Of a stretch of DNA of 64,000 bases, positions 1 to 13,987 are shown one piece after another; the stretch's first letter is position 1; each line of letters begins with the position of its first letter. The notes beneath the pieces were generated by a model that saw nothing but the letters and a program-made list of their open reading frames with translations, was not told the DNA's origin and ran no database searches. Where the stretch lies: the NCBI RefSeq assembly GCF_964204865.1, contig NC_135251.1, forward strand, positions 11,222,001 through 11,286,000. The letters are read 5' to 3'. A program made the translations under genes and the position numbers. This stretch comes from Styela clava (lineage: Eukaryota).

Positions 1-1371
1 GATACTTCATTCTAGCAATACAGACTAAAATACAAATTATATATATGAAAACCTCCGAAAGCCTATTGATGAGAAAGGAACTTGCCTGTCGGTGTGAATA
101 CTGTGTATCGGAATCAATTTTATATAAGCCTCTTTACAGCTAGCTTAAAGTGAAAGAAGTATATAATTTGATACCAAATTGCAAATATATTTTCGATTTC
201 AAATTGTATGAAGCAATATGCACCATGCCTAGGCCGACGAGAAAACGACCTAGAGAATTTGAATTGCTTTAATAAAATAAATAACTTCTGGTGTGTTATT
301 TTCGTAATTTCAAAACACCTATATTAATCGGAATAGGGTTCTTCGTATCAAAACGCTAAATTCCTAAACTTGTTCGTTATTTTTATAAATATCTTCGAGT
401 TTACATATCGTGCTGCTAATTTCGAATATCTGATAATGAATAAATTCAACTGCTCATCCCATCTCTAATAAATTTCGCCACATGACCAATGTAGTGGCGT
501 AATTGTTGCATCCATTATTTAAAAAAAAATGCTAAAATGGAACAAAAAGAATTTACACAGCTTTGTGTTTTATTAGGTTTTACTTCCGTTGTTAAAATAT
601 AAATTTCGCTTGTTGAATCATTCCGACCCTGAACGCACCCTCCAGCTTGTTAGGCAAAATCAATTGAGCGAAGGTAAAAGCTTTTGACTAGAAATATCTC
701 TAGTGTAGCAAATTCGTTCAAATTTTAAAATCTGGACAAAAATCAGTTGATACACAAAGTTCTCTAATATTCGATTTAGTATATTTCAGTTGTCACTTAG
801 TACTTCATCTTGTGAGTGAGTTTGTTTTTGTTGAACGAGGTTGTGTAACAGCGCATTTGTATCAGGAACAAGAGAGCTATGCTCAGATATATGGGCAAGA
901 TAACCAGAGCGAAATGGTCCTTACCTTAAAAAACCACAACATAACGGATAAAATAAACTACGTTCTGATGCAGCATAAAGTTACAAACAGTAGCTCTGAC
1001 GAAATCTCTCGAATCAATTTGTTATTGCGGAGGGAGAAGCGACAATCTGAAAGCAGCTTGAAACTTGTAAATAATTGATATATGAATTACATCACTTAAC
1101 TTCCAGCTGACCGGCCGTCTGTCGAAAAAGAACACCTGCTCGCGACTTTCTCCGTGCATTATTATAGATTACAACAGGTAAATTAATTCAATTAATCCGT
1201 CCTGTCATTTCTATATTTATCGCAGAAACTTTAATGTTGAATGTGACAAAGTGACGAGTAAAATAACTCTGTCTCTGATAAATATATTCTTTCATACTCA
1301 ATAAACATAATACCTTTTTGAAAAATCGTCTTTTTAAATGGGTATCATTCACACACATATTTGTCGCAGTG

Positions 1372-1574
1372 GGTGACCGTGCAATTGAACCCACGTACAT
1401 TTAAACCCATGTGTATATCCACTGGTTTAATCTATATGCGGGTGCTAAAACCCATGGGTTAGGGTTAGTATGGGTTCAACTATCCGAAAAACAAAAAAAA
1501 TTCCATAGGTGCAATAGCATACAGGTGCAATTGTCATGGGTTCAAATGTACGTGGGTTCAAATGTAATGGAACC
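1372..1574 (+). mobile_element. 203-bp MITE, family A (GG..CC ends, 9-bp TSD, telomere-like core)
   Basis: About 40-bp imperfect TIRs built of TACATTTGAACCCAC units, internal GGGTTAGGGTTAG, perfect TSD GTCGCAGTG. Other copies at 42323-42525 and 61025-61212. Confidence 0.9.
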
Positions 1575-3759
1575 GTCGCAGTGTATTTCACAACTTGAAA
1601 TTAAGACATCTTGCAATATTCAATCAATGCAATATTCATTCAAATGGTTGATATTTGTCCAATTTCAAATTCAGCGCGAATGAAAATGCCCAATCGACAA
1701 TCCAAACTTTTGCATTAAACAATCTCAAATGCTTCCTAAATGTTCCCTAAGCAGACCAAACTCTGTATACAACATTTCGACTACTTCTATACCTGACAAA
1801 TCAGTCGGAAATGGAACTTCCTCCTTTGGTACCTATTCGGCCTCACTTCAATTGAATTCAACAATTGGATACTATGAAACACCAACGACCCGATTTTAAC
1901 CTTTTACAATAGTTCTATAACCATAACAAAATGTGCGAATTCTACAGAAATGGCATACGATATGGTGGCCACAAAATGAATAATACTTTCTGCAGTTTCA
2001 TTTGCACATTGCAAAATTTGGCAAATCCAAATGAAGTTTTGTAGAAATTTATTTAAAACATAATAATATTATTTATGATTTCCGCTATTTAAAGCAATTC
2101 ACTATCGATAAAATCGTAGATTATCTCCAAAACTTTAACATGTCCTTCTTTTAAAATTTAACATTGAAGCAAAGTACCCAATGAGAACAACAATACATTA
2201 TGATATGTTTCTGCAGAACAAGATGAACAGTGCTTTCAGCTAAATGCTACTCTTACATTTTGCAATCCTTTATGCCAGAGGTGGCCGTATCATCGACTGG
2301 GATTGACTAAAATCTTCTTAACACTTTGCAATCGACTGATCGATAATAAAGCCACACACAAAAATAAATTAGTACTAAAAATTCTTGGCTCTTTCAGAAT
2401 TAATACAAATTAACAGTTAAAATGGATATTCTGATATCACTGCTGCCGTTGTGAATGAAATAAATCACACTCCAGAGTATTATCGTCTTTTGGCTATATG
2501 CATCGCATTTTCTCCTCTTATAACGCAAAACAATCTCTCCGTGAGCATCAGTTGAGGAGAATTTTTAGAATTTCGGTTCTGGTCGATAGCGATCGACGTG
2601 TTGGCCACCCCTGCTGCTCCTCATATTGGACCGTTGTGACTATATGCGATAGGCGATCATATTGTTTGCGCATAGCAATATAATAAATCAAATTTGCTGA
2701 CGGCATCCGGCGGTGACGTTTTTACTAAACATTAATCATTTATAATTAATGATCCTGCATGGAAAAGAATTAAAATTCTTGGTTGGATCAAGCTCGACGA
2801 GACATAAGTTGTAAATATCATTGTATAAATTTGGATTGCCAAATCAATTTCTGTCATTTGAAAACTACTCGGGATCATATTCTTAACGCCTATCTTGAAA
2901 TGTTAAAATTCTCTGTTATTTTATTTACATTCAGACAACTATTTTTCCCACGTCTGACTCTGCACTCATATAGAAAAATATAATATATTGATTTGAAAGC
3001 TATTTAAAATGAAAATCAATGTCGCTATTATTCAAATCATTCGTTTCAGAAACAAATTTACATAAATAATAATTTTTCCCCATTGAAAAAAAAAGTACAA
3101 CTCGCTGCAAATAGAAATCCCTTTAATTCTGCACTCCCAGTATACCAATATTTGTATTTGGGAACCTCTCATTTGCCTTAAAAGTATCGGATATACAGTA
3201 TACAAGTATACAGTATAACCTCAGCATCCAAACATAACAACAAAGCATCGCCAGACTGATCGATTTAAATTTTCTCGTTCGTTAATATGATGCATAGTTA
3301 GTGCCAACACGATTTCAAGACTTATCGTATTTAGTAAAAATAACATGATCTCTTTCAACGAAATAGTAAGTATATTTGTGAGCTTTCGTTAGATCATGGT
3401 CTAACTTCTTCAAACAATACAAGATATAACTGTAAATATAAAAGATCATATAAATTTAGTCTATTGTTGATTTTCCTATAACTGGATATGGATGCTATCG
3501 TATCATCTTAGAATAGCCGGTCTAACTGATGTGGTTGGGTTGGGGTTCGTCTATTTGTGTAGTTTCCTTTGTTTGTTTTTGAACCTTATTTGTTTGTATT
3601 GTTGTTGTTGTTTTGATAGTACTGTTTGTCTTTTGGTTTTATATTTGCGTTAAAGCCACTTCTCCGTTTGAGTTTTAATCTTTTCTATTGATTCCCTGTG
3701 GTTGCCGAGTCTTCATTTTGACATACAGTTATCGAATTTAGTCAACGTTTTGAATAGCT

Positions 3760-4045
3760 CCACGGGGCGGGTGCTTCAAGCTGAGAGTTGAGAAAACGCA
3801 ACCACACCTCTGCTTACCCTGCGTGGGTTCGCAGGTTCGATAATAATTAATCGAGGAATAATTATGTGCGAGCAAATTGATGGACTCCTCGTCGTCGTAG
3901 GGTGGTTTACGCAATCGGTGGCAGGTTGCACTGTTACGGTTTTCTCTACCATAAAGTCCACGCATCTGCAACAAACGCTAATTAAACTAATTCCACACCG
4001 GACATGGGCTTGTAACCGGACGATAAACTGTGTTTCGCCCCCGAG
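3760..4045 (+). mobile_element. Probable tRNA-derived SINE family (3 diverged copies)
   Basis: B-box-like GGTTCGAT at about 3833. The body (TGGACTCC..CGTAGGGTGGTT..ACCATAAAGTCCA.GCATCTG) recurs at about 62725-62935, and a 3' part recurs at about 22360-22500 ending AATCCTATC. Confidence 0.55.
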
Positions 4046-5130
4046 ATAAATATGTAAATGCTATCCTAAACAGAAAATTTCATCAGGAATGAATAAAAAA
4101 TCGAGAGTCATTTTATAACAGCTGTATGAAACCTGTCTCATCAACGAGTTCGTCGCTTGCATGATAATTACACGATACCTAATTATACCTGTACTATTAT
4201 GCTAATTACTTTCCTAGTGTTATTATGGAGAAATGGTTTCAATCGGCTTTCGAGTAAAATAGTTTCTATACGAGAAATGCGTAGTAATTGTAGGTGTTGA
4301 TTCAGACACGCGCCACTTGTGCTTCGCAAAATTACAATTACTGGCTTTCTGCTGGAAAGTATAAAACAAACGAGAAGCTGTATATAGCCAGGGCCGGATA
4401 ATGCGTTTTACATTCCCCTAAGTACTGACTTTGGTGCCCTAAATATCTATATATATATATATATTAGTATAAATGAATGCCGAAGACTCTTTAATCACTT
4501 AGGATAGTAATATTGAAACTGGTGATATTTTTAGGAATAAATCTCATACCTACAAACATTTATACAGTGGTTTAAAATGATATCTGAGCACGACAAACAG
4601 GCAAATATTTACTCCAATCGGGCTAAAATTGAGGTCGGTCTCTTCTGACTAACTCAAATTATTTCATCCAACACTGAGGCACCGTTAAAATTAGCTATGG
4701 AAAATGCTGTGCTGCTGCCATTCCCTTGCTTCCATAAGCACGTATAGCCTGAACATGACTTTCTACTGTGTTAGCTCTATCTGAGAGGATTTAATTGTGC
4801 ATGCAAGTAATTTTGTGTTACATTTCCTAAAATATTATCAATCAACTTGAGTATGTGTATTATGCGACAAAATGTCACAGCGCTGGTTTAATTCCATAAC
4901 AAAGGACACGTCGCCCCACTCGGAAATGTCATCTATGCATTTTTTATGATTTATATTCTTTCAAAAATTCGGAAATGACAGTATGATTGTCAGCGGAAGG
5001 TTATCAAAAACGTGAGTCATATTGAATGAAAGTGGAATTTTAACCTTCAATTTCCAAAAACACCCAATGTGTTTCAGTGCAGTGGGGACTATACCATTTT
5101 ATTTATCTAAAATCTCTTTTCTTACGTATA

Positions 5131-5240
5131 CGGAGTGTCTAAAAAATTGTGCCCGACCTCACAGTAGTATCAACTAAATATTTATTTAAACTTACAATTG
5201 TTATCACTACAAAATCGGGCGAGATCCTTTGGACACCCTG
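5131..5240. mobile_element. Small decayed Tc1/mariner-type MITE
   Basis: TA|CGGAGTGTCTAAA ... TTTGGACACCCTG|TA. Confidence 0.55.
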
Positions 5241-6986
5241 TATAAGTGAAACATATTTTAATCATATACACTCACAATGAACATTTTCCTTTTCTAACAA
5301 ACTTATCGGTAATTCAAAGCAAGTTATCATGAAGAAAATTTAAAGAAAGACAAATCTATTTTAATCCAACAAACGTTTAGTCGTGACACCGGGTCATGTT
5401 AGGTCTCCGAAATGTGTAATCAATCGGATTTTAATGATCAATACCAGGCAATGCGCATATTTACTAGTAATCATTCAAAGCAGTGGTTCCCGAATTATTA
5501 TGGCACATTCCTCCCTCGTACCATTTGAAGCTCCTAATCCTCCCCACATATAATTTTATTTGTAATTTGTTGTTATTCAAGAACAAATTTTGCAATACGT
5601 CATACATGCAACTCACAGTCGCATATATATATACGTACATTACAATATTGCTGCATACGCAATAAACATTAGTGATACTACACGCAAATACAAAGTATAC
5701 CCCAAGTGTTAAAAGGTAAATAAATTCCAAATTTCCGAGAATAAATATATTTTCCTTTATAGCAATATTTTTATCAACTTTCAATTAGTTTTCGTTTTCT
5801 ATGGCCTCAGCTAAAGCATATCGATGTTTCAAGTAAAATTGAACAATTCCGCACACCTATATGTCTATGTACATACACATATGAATCACTTTAATATTCA
5901 TATAACTATGAAATAATGTCTGAACTCACTTCGCTGTGCTTCAGATTTAATTTGGTTTAAAGGTTCAAAATAATTTCTCATTACTAACTAATAATTAAAC
6001 AGAATGAACTCGAGTAATCGGTGAGGTATTTATACAATGATAATTATACACCTCTAAGACGACTTGATACTTTGTTGTCTGATATAGATTTCTTGTACGA
6101 AATCCTTCCTCTGACCCTGAAAGAATTGAAATTGCTTAAAGAGCGCGCCCGTTTCTGTCTATTTCCTGTTTCATTGCATAGGTATATTATACAGGCAAGT
6201 TGAGCTAATTATTAGCAAAAATATTTGACTGAAAAATCGATTTTAATTAGCATGAGTGGCTGTGGATTGTTTTTTCCTTTTTACACGTACAGCAATGCGT
6301 ACAGCACAATGCGTATTTATATGGTGCCTTGTACGTCATATAGTAAAGACTTTCACCGCACATACACATGCACATACACATTTGATTGTTCTGGGATTTC
6401 CATCAAGAATGTTACAGAACCTTGAATCTGATATGAATATTCAATAAATCAAAATTTTCCATCGGTATCTGTCGCTATGGAAACGGCTGTATATTTAATT
6501 AAACAAGCATGAACTATCCTATACTGAATAGAATTTTTATTATATTGAATTCCAACCCTTTCATTCTTACTTTCCATACTTCAGATACAGACGTGACGCA
6601 CAAAATATTGAAAAATATGCCGACTTCGTTTGTCAAATGGCTATTTGAGTCTATAGCTTATAATAATATGCTTCAACAGCTAACCGGTATCAAGTCCATG
6701 TAAAGCGTCGAAGTACTTAACAGCACTTCAGACAATCGTAATTACTATGAAGAAAAATTAGGAAAGCCATATATAGTTGATATCTCGGATGTCGAATATT
6801 TTAAAATTCAATTAACATTATGGATTGCAATCAAGTTATGAGTATTTGCAATAAAGTTGGGTATTTGTGTGAAGTATTGCTTCGGTAAACGAATGGTGAG
6901 TAGATATATTGCCACCTAAATACAAGAAACTTCATTGGACAGATCAATAATAGACAAAATAATTAAATTGGTAACAACAACTAATA

Positions 6987-7098
6987 GACGCTCCGGAAGT
7001 ATTTGTACCAAGATGACGCACAACCTGAACAGTTCTAACCTGGTACACATGCTAAGTTCAGGTTGTGAGCCATCTTGGTACGTATACTTCGGGAGACC
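6987..7098. mobile_element. About 110-bp fold-back MITE related to family B
   Basis: Near-palindromic; TSD AACTAATA/AACTAATG. Second copy at 56470-56579. Confidence 0.8.
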
Positions 7099-9671
7099 AA
7101 CTAATGAACTCTTTAGGCATTAAAATGCTTATAGATTTCCATTTAGTTACAAATTCTCTTGCTTTGCCCGAAAAATACCAACGACCAAAATAATAGGATA
7201 AATCCGCGGAATGTCAAAATATTACTTTTGTTTGTTTATGGTTATGTTTATGGTTTATTATGTATAAAGAAACTTTTTGTCTTTGAAATAAACTAAAACG
7301 GCATCATAATGCCATTTCAACAAACTATGTATTCCATATAATTTACTGACAATGGAGATAATAATTCTACAGACGATCTTACGGACGAAACGCCTTTTAA
7401 ATGAACCTTCTATCTAGAGTTTCATATCAAGTTTTGATAATCTGTACCATTCAATGGTTAATTGTAATGTATTTTACACTGCCTGGTGTCCATCGTGCGA
7501 TATCGCCGTGATAATAAAACGTACATAAAAACAGTCAATTTAATATCTATTCATAAATCATAAAAGGTTCTAAGATCTTGTCACTGCATTAGTTGCTCAT
7601 AACTTCGCTTTGAGATCATTTTTTGCTTGGGAATGAGTGCATGGGACCTTGCTTTTAACAAATTCTCCTATAAAAAAGTCTTTCCGTACGATCTCCGCAA
7701 TCATTCTCACTGGACACTTCCAAAATCACTTTTACACAGACCATACCTATTTATACGCGGCTCTTTATATACTGTAGTGACAAACTATATGCTTCAAGCT
7801 TTACGTTAGGTTTTTTTGACGAAAACCCAACACAAGACCAATCTTCATTTTCGAACAATTCACTAAACATTTTCTCTAAAAATATTCAATATATATTCAG
7901 TCAATAGCTTTTGACCTAAACTCTATACTAGACTCGCCTTTATTTTGGAACAATTCACTAAACATTTGCTTTAAGAATATTCAACCAATATTTCCAAAAG
8001 TTCAACAACTCATCTCGTTAAATTTTATGAACTAGACATTTTCTACACTGAACAAAGCCGGATTTCCAGACACAAAAGCACCGAGGGAGCCTATACGCGA
8101 CCGCAAAGTAGATTTGGAAAGTGGAATTCTTGTCGGTTGTTGTTATTTAAATTGCCTCCGATTGCCTGGTTGATAATAACCATCGGTTTCCAACAACAAA
8201 ATCCAAACATTCGTAGGAAGTAATGTAATCACAACAAGATTATATCTGGTCATACAAAGGAAAAGCATTCTATAACTATATTGGTTAATTTGAATAAAGT
8301 AATTCTCAGTTCCGCTTCTACCGTTGTTTTGATTATACTAGTAGTACTCATATTCGAAATGTTAAAACAACAATTCGGTACAAGTACTTGATAATTCCTT
8401 TATGACCGATTTATTGTAGCTTTATTTTTCGTAAGGTAGGAGGCACATCTTTGTTTAGATCACGGCCATTGCGTCAACTCAAAAGTATGTTTAAAATCAA
8501 GACTTCAAATATCCAATGAGTTTCCAAGCTCAATATTTAAATGTCAAAAAGTTCCAATTTTAAATTTCAGTTGCTCAACCTAACCTAGGCGATGAACGAT
8601 GCTACCAAAAGTCATTTAGGCTACATTGTATACTTACACCTGGTGCACTTACTAGTAATAATTTATCGCAAACTGTATTTCATAACCATATCCCAGATTA
8701 CCGTTTTAAATGAGTCTACTATATTATTCCAGAACTCAGTCTTATCCACACTGAAGTATCTGAACAACCCTAATGATAAGTGTTTCTAACAGTTGTGGAG
8801 TGCCATTATACTTTAAATGACGCACAATAGCTCTTTAGTGAAACTACAGTAGTGCGCTGACCATATCCCAAATATCGACAGCGAATTTAGGTACTAAGAT
8901 AGCGTAGTCGTTTTTATTTAAATATTTTGGAAGTATATCCAATATTTTATCTATCCAAACGAGCGTAGAAACCAACTGGCAGCAACTACCTCCCTATTAT
9001 TATAAACATATTGTAAATACGTAACGTACACGTTTTTTAGATACTTCAGGGAGAACAAATACTTGTTGTATATATATCCGTATTTTAGGCTAATTTCAAT
9101 TAACTTTACATTTCTACTTCGAATAAGATCTAGTAAAACATGGGCCATTCTTGTCATGATATCTTAGGTATTATATTGCAAAACCATTATCAAGATATTC
9201 TAAAGGAGTGAAACTGTGTAACAATAACTATTCAAATAGTCCATGAGCTTTTAGATCATGGGAAGAAACTAGAAATAAAAGCCACTCCACATCAAAACAA
9301 ACAGAGGTATTGTCGTTACGAGTTTAGTCGTCGTGCAAAACGAACAAATTAAAAAAGTGCTAATAATATTTATATCGCAGATATCATTAAAACAAGAAAA
9401 TAATTTGCTAACAACACTTTTTTTGACATTTTTGAGTTAGTTTCCATCACAATTTTCGTCACGGGCTCATGATGTTGAACTCTATTATAATGAAACTCAA
9501 TTTTGACCGGTTACAGTATCATTCGAAAACTAGTTTATCTGTCAACCTAATCAATGTTTTTTTTTATTTTTATGTTTATCTATTGTCTGGCTTCCATTTT
9601 ACATGGCACGTTTCCCAGACCTACAAGAATATTACGAATCCAATTTGATGAAGCTTGCTGTAGGTAGAGCA

Positions 9672-10240
9672 ATGGTATCAGTTTATTAACTCTCGTTGAG
9701 TATGCGCTATTCAACCATTTATGAAGGTACACGTTTCCCTGTTTTAGGTTCACCCAAGTTTAACACAATATTGTGATTCGAATATATAATCTCCTGGTCC
9801 GAATTAAAAAAAAAGAATGAATGAGATTTGTCATCACAACAGAGATATTTCCATAAGCAGAAAGCATTCTATAATGCAATCATACAGAGGTACACATAGC
9901 GTGCGACAACTGTGGCGATACAAAAAGGTTTCGTTGAACGTGGAAGTTTGGATATCCGCGGTGAAATATAGTGTTACAGAAGTACAGAGATGGGTAATGG
10001 AAAGACTCCATAGCGTAAAATTATTTCAGAGAACCTTCGTCGAAACCCTGGAAAAGCTCCACCGAACCGCAGGGGTTCGATCGAACCCAGGTTAAGAAAG
10101 ACTGCTGTATGGTATCAGTTTTACTGTCGTTGAGTATGCGCTATTTTACCCTCCATGAAAGCACGTGTATTAGGTTCATCCAAGTTCAACACAATATTAG
10201 GATGCAATAATATAATCTTATACAACGAATGCAATAAAGA
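9672..10240 (+). repeat. Local diverged direct duplication (about 125 bp) separated by a hAT right-end fragment
   Basis: ATGGTATCAGTTT..CGTTGAGTATGCGCTATT..TAGGTTCA.CCAAGTT.AACACAATATT..ATATAATCT at about 9672-9793 and about 10109-10218. Confidence 0.75.
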
Positions 10241-10853
10241 ATACCCAATATGATTATCTTCCAATTAGCGCCCGAACTGCAAACCCTTCCCATAGACGAA
10301 ATGTCGTGTCGCTGTGCTTATTTTAAACGTATTGTGATCAACTGTGTTTTTCTGAACTTGTCTCTCCAAAAGATATTCCAGTCATCATACGAGTTCGGCT
10401 TCGAACTCTCATTCGTTTACAGTCTGTGTATCTATTGGACTGAAAAATTTTTTTTTTCCCAAGAACTCCAGTTATGTGTTCCTCAATACCTCATTGCTGG
10501 TATTGCCTAAATGTTTTAGGTCTCACGCTTAGTCGATATTTACTAGCGCATAATTCTACAGTATAATCTATCGCCCGTCCTCTCAAAGGGGGCCCATAGA
10601 GCAGTTTGTTGGAGGGGCCACAAGGCTTAGCGAGCGCAAAACCGATTTTACTTTACCGATTACACTTTACAAAAAAAAAACTCCCCGTTCTTATAGTTAA
10701 GGTTATTTAACAGGATGTTTCAAATTCGTTGAGCATGAATTGTTTAAAAATAATGGGATTTGAAACCGACCATTCAAATTTCTGAGTGAGTACGTGTGAC
10801 CTTGCTTTGTCACCGAGTTTCGTTAAACTGATACCATCCGTTAAACATCCGTT

Positions 10854-10984
10854 GTTTCGAATTTCTATACAGAAAAACTTCATCAGGGCATGATATGGAA
10901 AGGACACAAGTGGATATATATGTCCTATACAAGTCCTTTCCATATCATGCCATGATGAAGTTTTTTTGTATAGAAATTCGAAAC
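10854..10984. repeat. About 130-bp near-perfect palindrome
   Basis: About 52-bp arms GTTTCGAATTTCTATACA..GGAAAGGAC and GTCCTTTCC..TGTATAGAAATTCGAAAC (2 mismatches) around a short spacer. Confidence 0.9.
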
Positions 10985-11518
10985 GTCGGCAAATTACATC
11001 GTTTTGCTAACACCGGTTGTGCTTCATTTATTATCAACATGAATTTACCTGGTGGCAATCATGCACAATGCAGACCGAAGTCAAAATATTGTAAATGACT
11101 ATAGAACACCGGATAGAACTTCGAATTTAGTAGCAATGATTGGTGAGTGACCTCATAACGGCGGCTAACGTCATAACGGAGGTTTTTGATAGCACATAGT
11201 ACGGTACCTAATTGAAAACCTCGAAGTTAGGACGTTTAGTAATTTGACAGTAGGCCTATATATAATTTGAGAAAAGGTGGATCCTCGTCACAAAACTTTT
11301 GGATTGTTCATCCTTCTGCAAAGAGCATTAATTCGTGCAATCTTAACACTGTTGAGAAAGAATCGATGATTGAGCTTTCACATTGTCACAGTTTTGGATA
11401 TATCTTGAAAACGAATATCCCGAGCTCAGTGACAGAGCCATTTAATTACTGCTGGTTATTGTTACAACTTACCTCTATGAGAAAAGCTTTTCATTACTTA
11501 TCGATCTTAAGATCGGTA

Positions 11519-11660
11519 NNNNNNNNNNNNNNNNNNNNNNNNNNNNNNNNNNNNNNNNNNNNNNNNNNNNNNNNNNNNNNNNNNNNNNNNNNNNNNNNNN
11601 NNNNNNNNNNNNNNNNNNNNNNNNNNNNNNNNNNNNNNNNNNNNNNNNNNNNNNNNNNNN
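11519..11660. other. Assembly gap
   Basis: Run of 142 N. Confidence 1.
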
Positions 11661-12243
11661 GCGAAAGCGAGATTGAATCTGCTCCGGATTTTGCATGTGC
11701 ATTCATCTTATCTCGGACCAGAAGCCTATTGATTTTGGGCGAATTATGTCGTATAATTAGCTAGTTATCAATCAATTATTGATATAGTGATCTAGATTTT
11801 TGTAAAGCGAGAGAATTTTGAAACCCGCCGAGTGTGTGTGTGCGATGCGCAGTCCGCAAGTTACAAGAGCGGATGAATCGAAACTGCAGTTTCTGTTTTG
11901 GGGGATCCCCTAACTATCGATCGATAAGTCTTCGGTTTCCAACCGATATTCTCGTTGTTAACTCTCATCAAGACCAAACAGAGAAATCGTTTGGGAGTCA
12001 ACGCTCTACTTCGCCTTGCAGAAACTTCATTAGAACTACGTTTAACACGTACAATATCAAAAACAAAGCAGTAAATTTCTCATTAAATTGGATTGTCTCT
12101 TTTGCACCGCCTACTTCTGTCGTAATTGCATTCTTTTGATTATACTTTGTGTTCATTATTGGTTAATTTTGAAGGTCCGCAAAATTTGTTTTAAAATTTT
12201 ACCGGTCCGCGAACTGAAAAATTTTGAGAACCACTGCTTTAGA

Positions 12244-13603
12244 GCTGTGGTTTCCAAAATGGGGGTCGCGTGACGATTTTCCAGGGTCGTCAAATTTCTG
12301 TCAAACAAGCGCACACAAGCGACCAAGATTTGAAAGTTAGAATGTGGAATTTGTTTTGGTCGCCAAGTATCGCAAAAATGCCTAACTTCTGTTTTTTTCA
12401 GTAATAATTTGGCACATTTTTGTCCAAACGGCACCGAAAATGATCAATAAAACTTTCTTGTAATACTTAACCTTTTCAGCTAGTCAGCGGGTTTTCGTTT
12501 ATTAATTTGTGCAACCAGGGAAGTTGAATGATGTGCTTGGAAGTCTAAATTGTTATCTGTTTTTTCTACCGGTTTAGTCGGGAATATAAGCTAACAATTT
12601 TGGCATCATAAAAAACTAAAAATCGAATGCGGATTCTATTAGCCTGGGATGGCTATGTCTGATAACTAATTATTAATGTTATGGCCTAACAATATAATTC
12701 ATACCGGGTGTTTTTGCAACCAGCAGTATTACAAAAAATGCCGCCTTGATGTCAAAAAATTAGTAATTACCCTCCTGTACATCATATTTGGTAATCAATC
12801 TATCTGGAGTTATTTTGTAAACATCGGTCCGAAAAAAAGCTGACGAATTCAAACAGATTTTAAACTGAATGTGAGAGGCAAGATACCACAATGCTTGAAT
12901 GATATGTTGGCAAGTTGTGTCAGTGTCAAGAAAATATAATTGAAAACGTCATTTTAGAATCTTATGAGCCATGAGCACTTTACAGAGTTAAGATTTGGCT
13001 TTGAAAATCTTATCGATGTTCAAAAGCACTTAAATTTGCGGAAGCCTTTTTTCCATTATAAAGAGTTTGAAATCTTACTCTAAATTTAAATATAGAAAGA
13101 CTTCTGCTGGTTTTTGCATGATAAACACTGATCAATGTGTTTGCACAATAAAAGTGGTTGTTCTGTATTGTATGTTTAGCTATTCCCAGCACTATTGCGG
13201 CATGCGAACAACGCTAAAATAATTTCATGGCCTCCGGAGCCGACAATCTTAGACCACCAAGTTCTAGCATAACAAAAGTAAAATTTGTTTAACCTAATTG
13301 GACACGTTTAGTGGCCATAACGATCGTTTCAAAATTTTGTTGTTATTGTTATTTTCTTTCGTCATTATCATTAAAAAATCGCTTTTCTCTTCGAATACTG
13401 GACCAATTGCTTTGAAATTTTCAGTGGTTAAAGATAAAATTTTTCTCCAGAAGGCTATTACTTTTTTTTCGCTATGACGTCATCAAAATTATTGCCATTG
13501 GGTCCTTATATTTGAGCATAGCTCTCTTGTTTTATCTAATATGGCAAAATTTGTTTTGAAATTTTACCGGTCCGGGCGAACTGAAAAAGGTTGAGAACCA
13601 CTG
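12244..13603. mobile_element. Cluster of decayed or nested hAT-Charlie MITE pieces
   Basis: Left end C(T)GTGGTTTCCAAA at 12244; right ends GAGAACCACTG at 12236 and 13603. About 12250-12450 has a diverged inverted copy at about 19245-19440. Confidence 0.55.
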
Positions 13604-13987
13604 GTATAGACTATAGAGCATATAAAACCACACCGTGAAATTTTACAAAATTAAAATTAGAACCGATGTCTTTTTAATATGGTTATGGTATATTTGAAGA
13701 CTCTGTGAAGTAATCTGTAAGTTTTATCTCTATAATTCAGTCATTGAATTGAAAGAATTTCTGTTTATAAATAAACTTTGATGTTTTTGTTCCCCGAGGC
13801 ATATTGTGCTGTATAGCTGTATATGGAAGGCTGACATATTTTTTAAAAATGTGGTGAGGAATCGGTGACAAAGTTTGGCGTTGTTTGCAAATTGAATGTG
13901 CGAGAAAAGATAAATTAGGCATAAATGGAGCATGTTAATACAGGTTAAATTTATATTTTAAACTTACACTCGATTGGCAGATTCAAA

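Noticed and set aside
1456-1468. TTAGGG repeats as telomere or interstitial telomere
   Set aside because: Only two units, always embedded in MITEs with TIRs and TSDs.
3760-3845. tRNA gene suggested by GGTTCGA
   Set aside because: No cloverleaf can be formed, and the downstream body is repeated elsewhere, consistent with a SINE head.
1700-10500. Numerous 60-106 aa ORFs
   Set aside because: AT-rich, no recognisable domains, no phase-consistent exon chain; treated as intergenic.
11267-11764. ORFs of 70-165 aa spanning the N run
   Set aside because: Artefacts of translating through the assembly gap.
13300-13560. Repeat shared in inverted form with about 29740-29865, possibly Helentron/HINE-like
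   Set aside because: The similarity is visible, but boundaries and class could not be established by eye.
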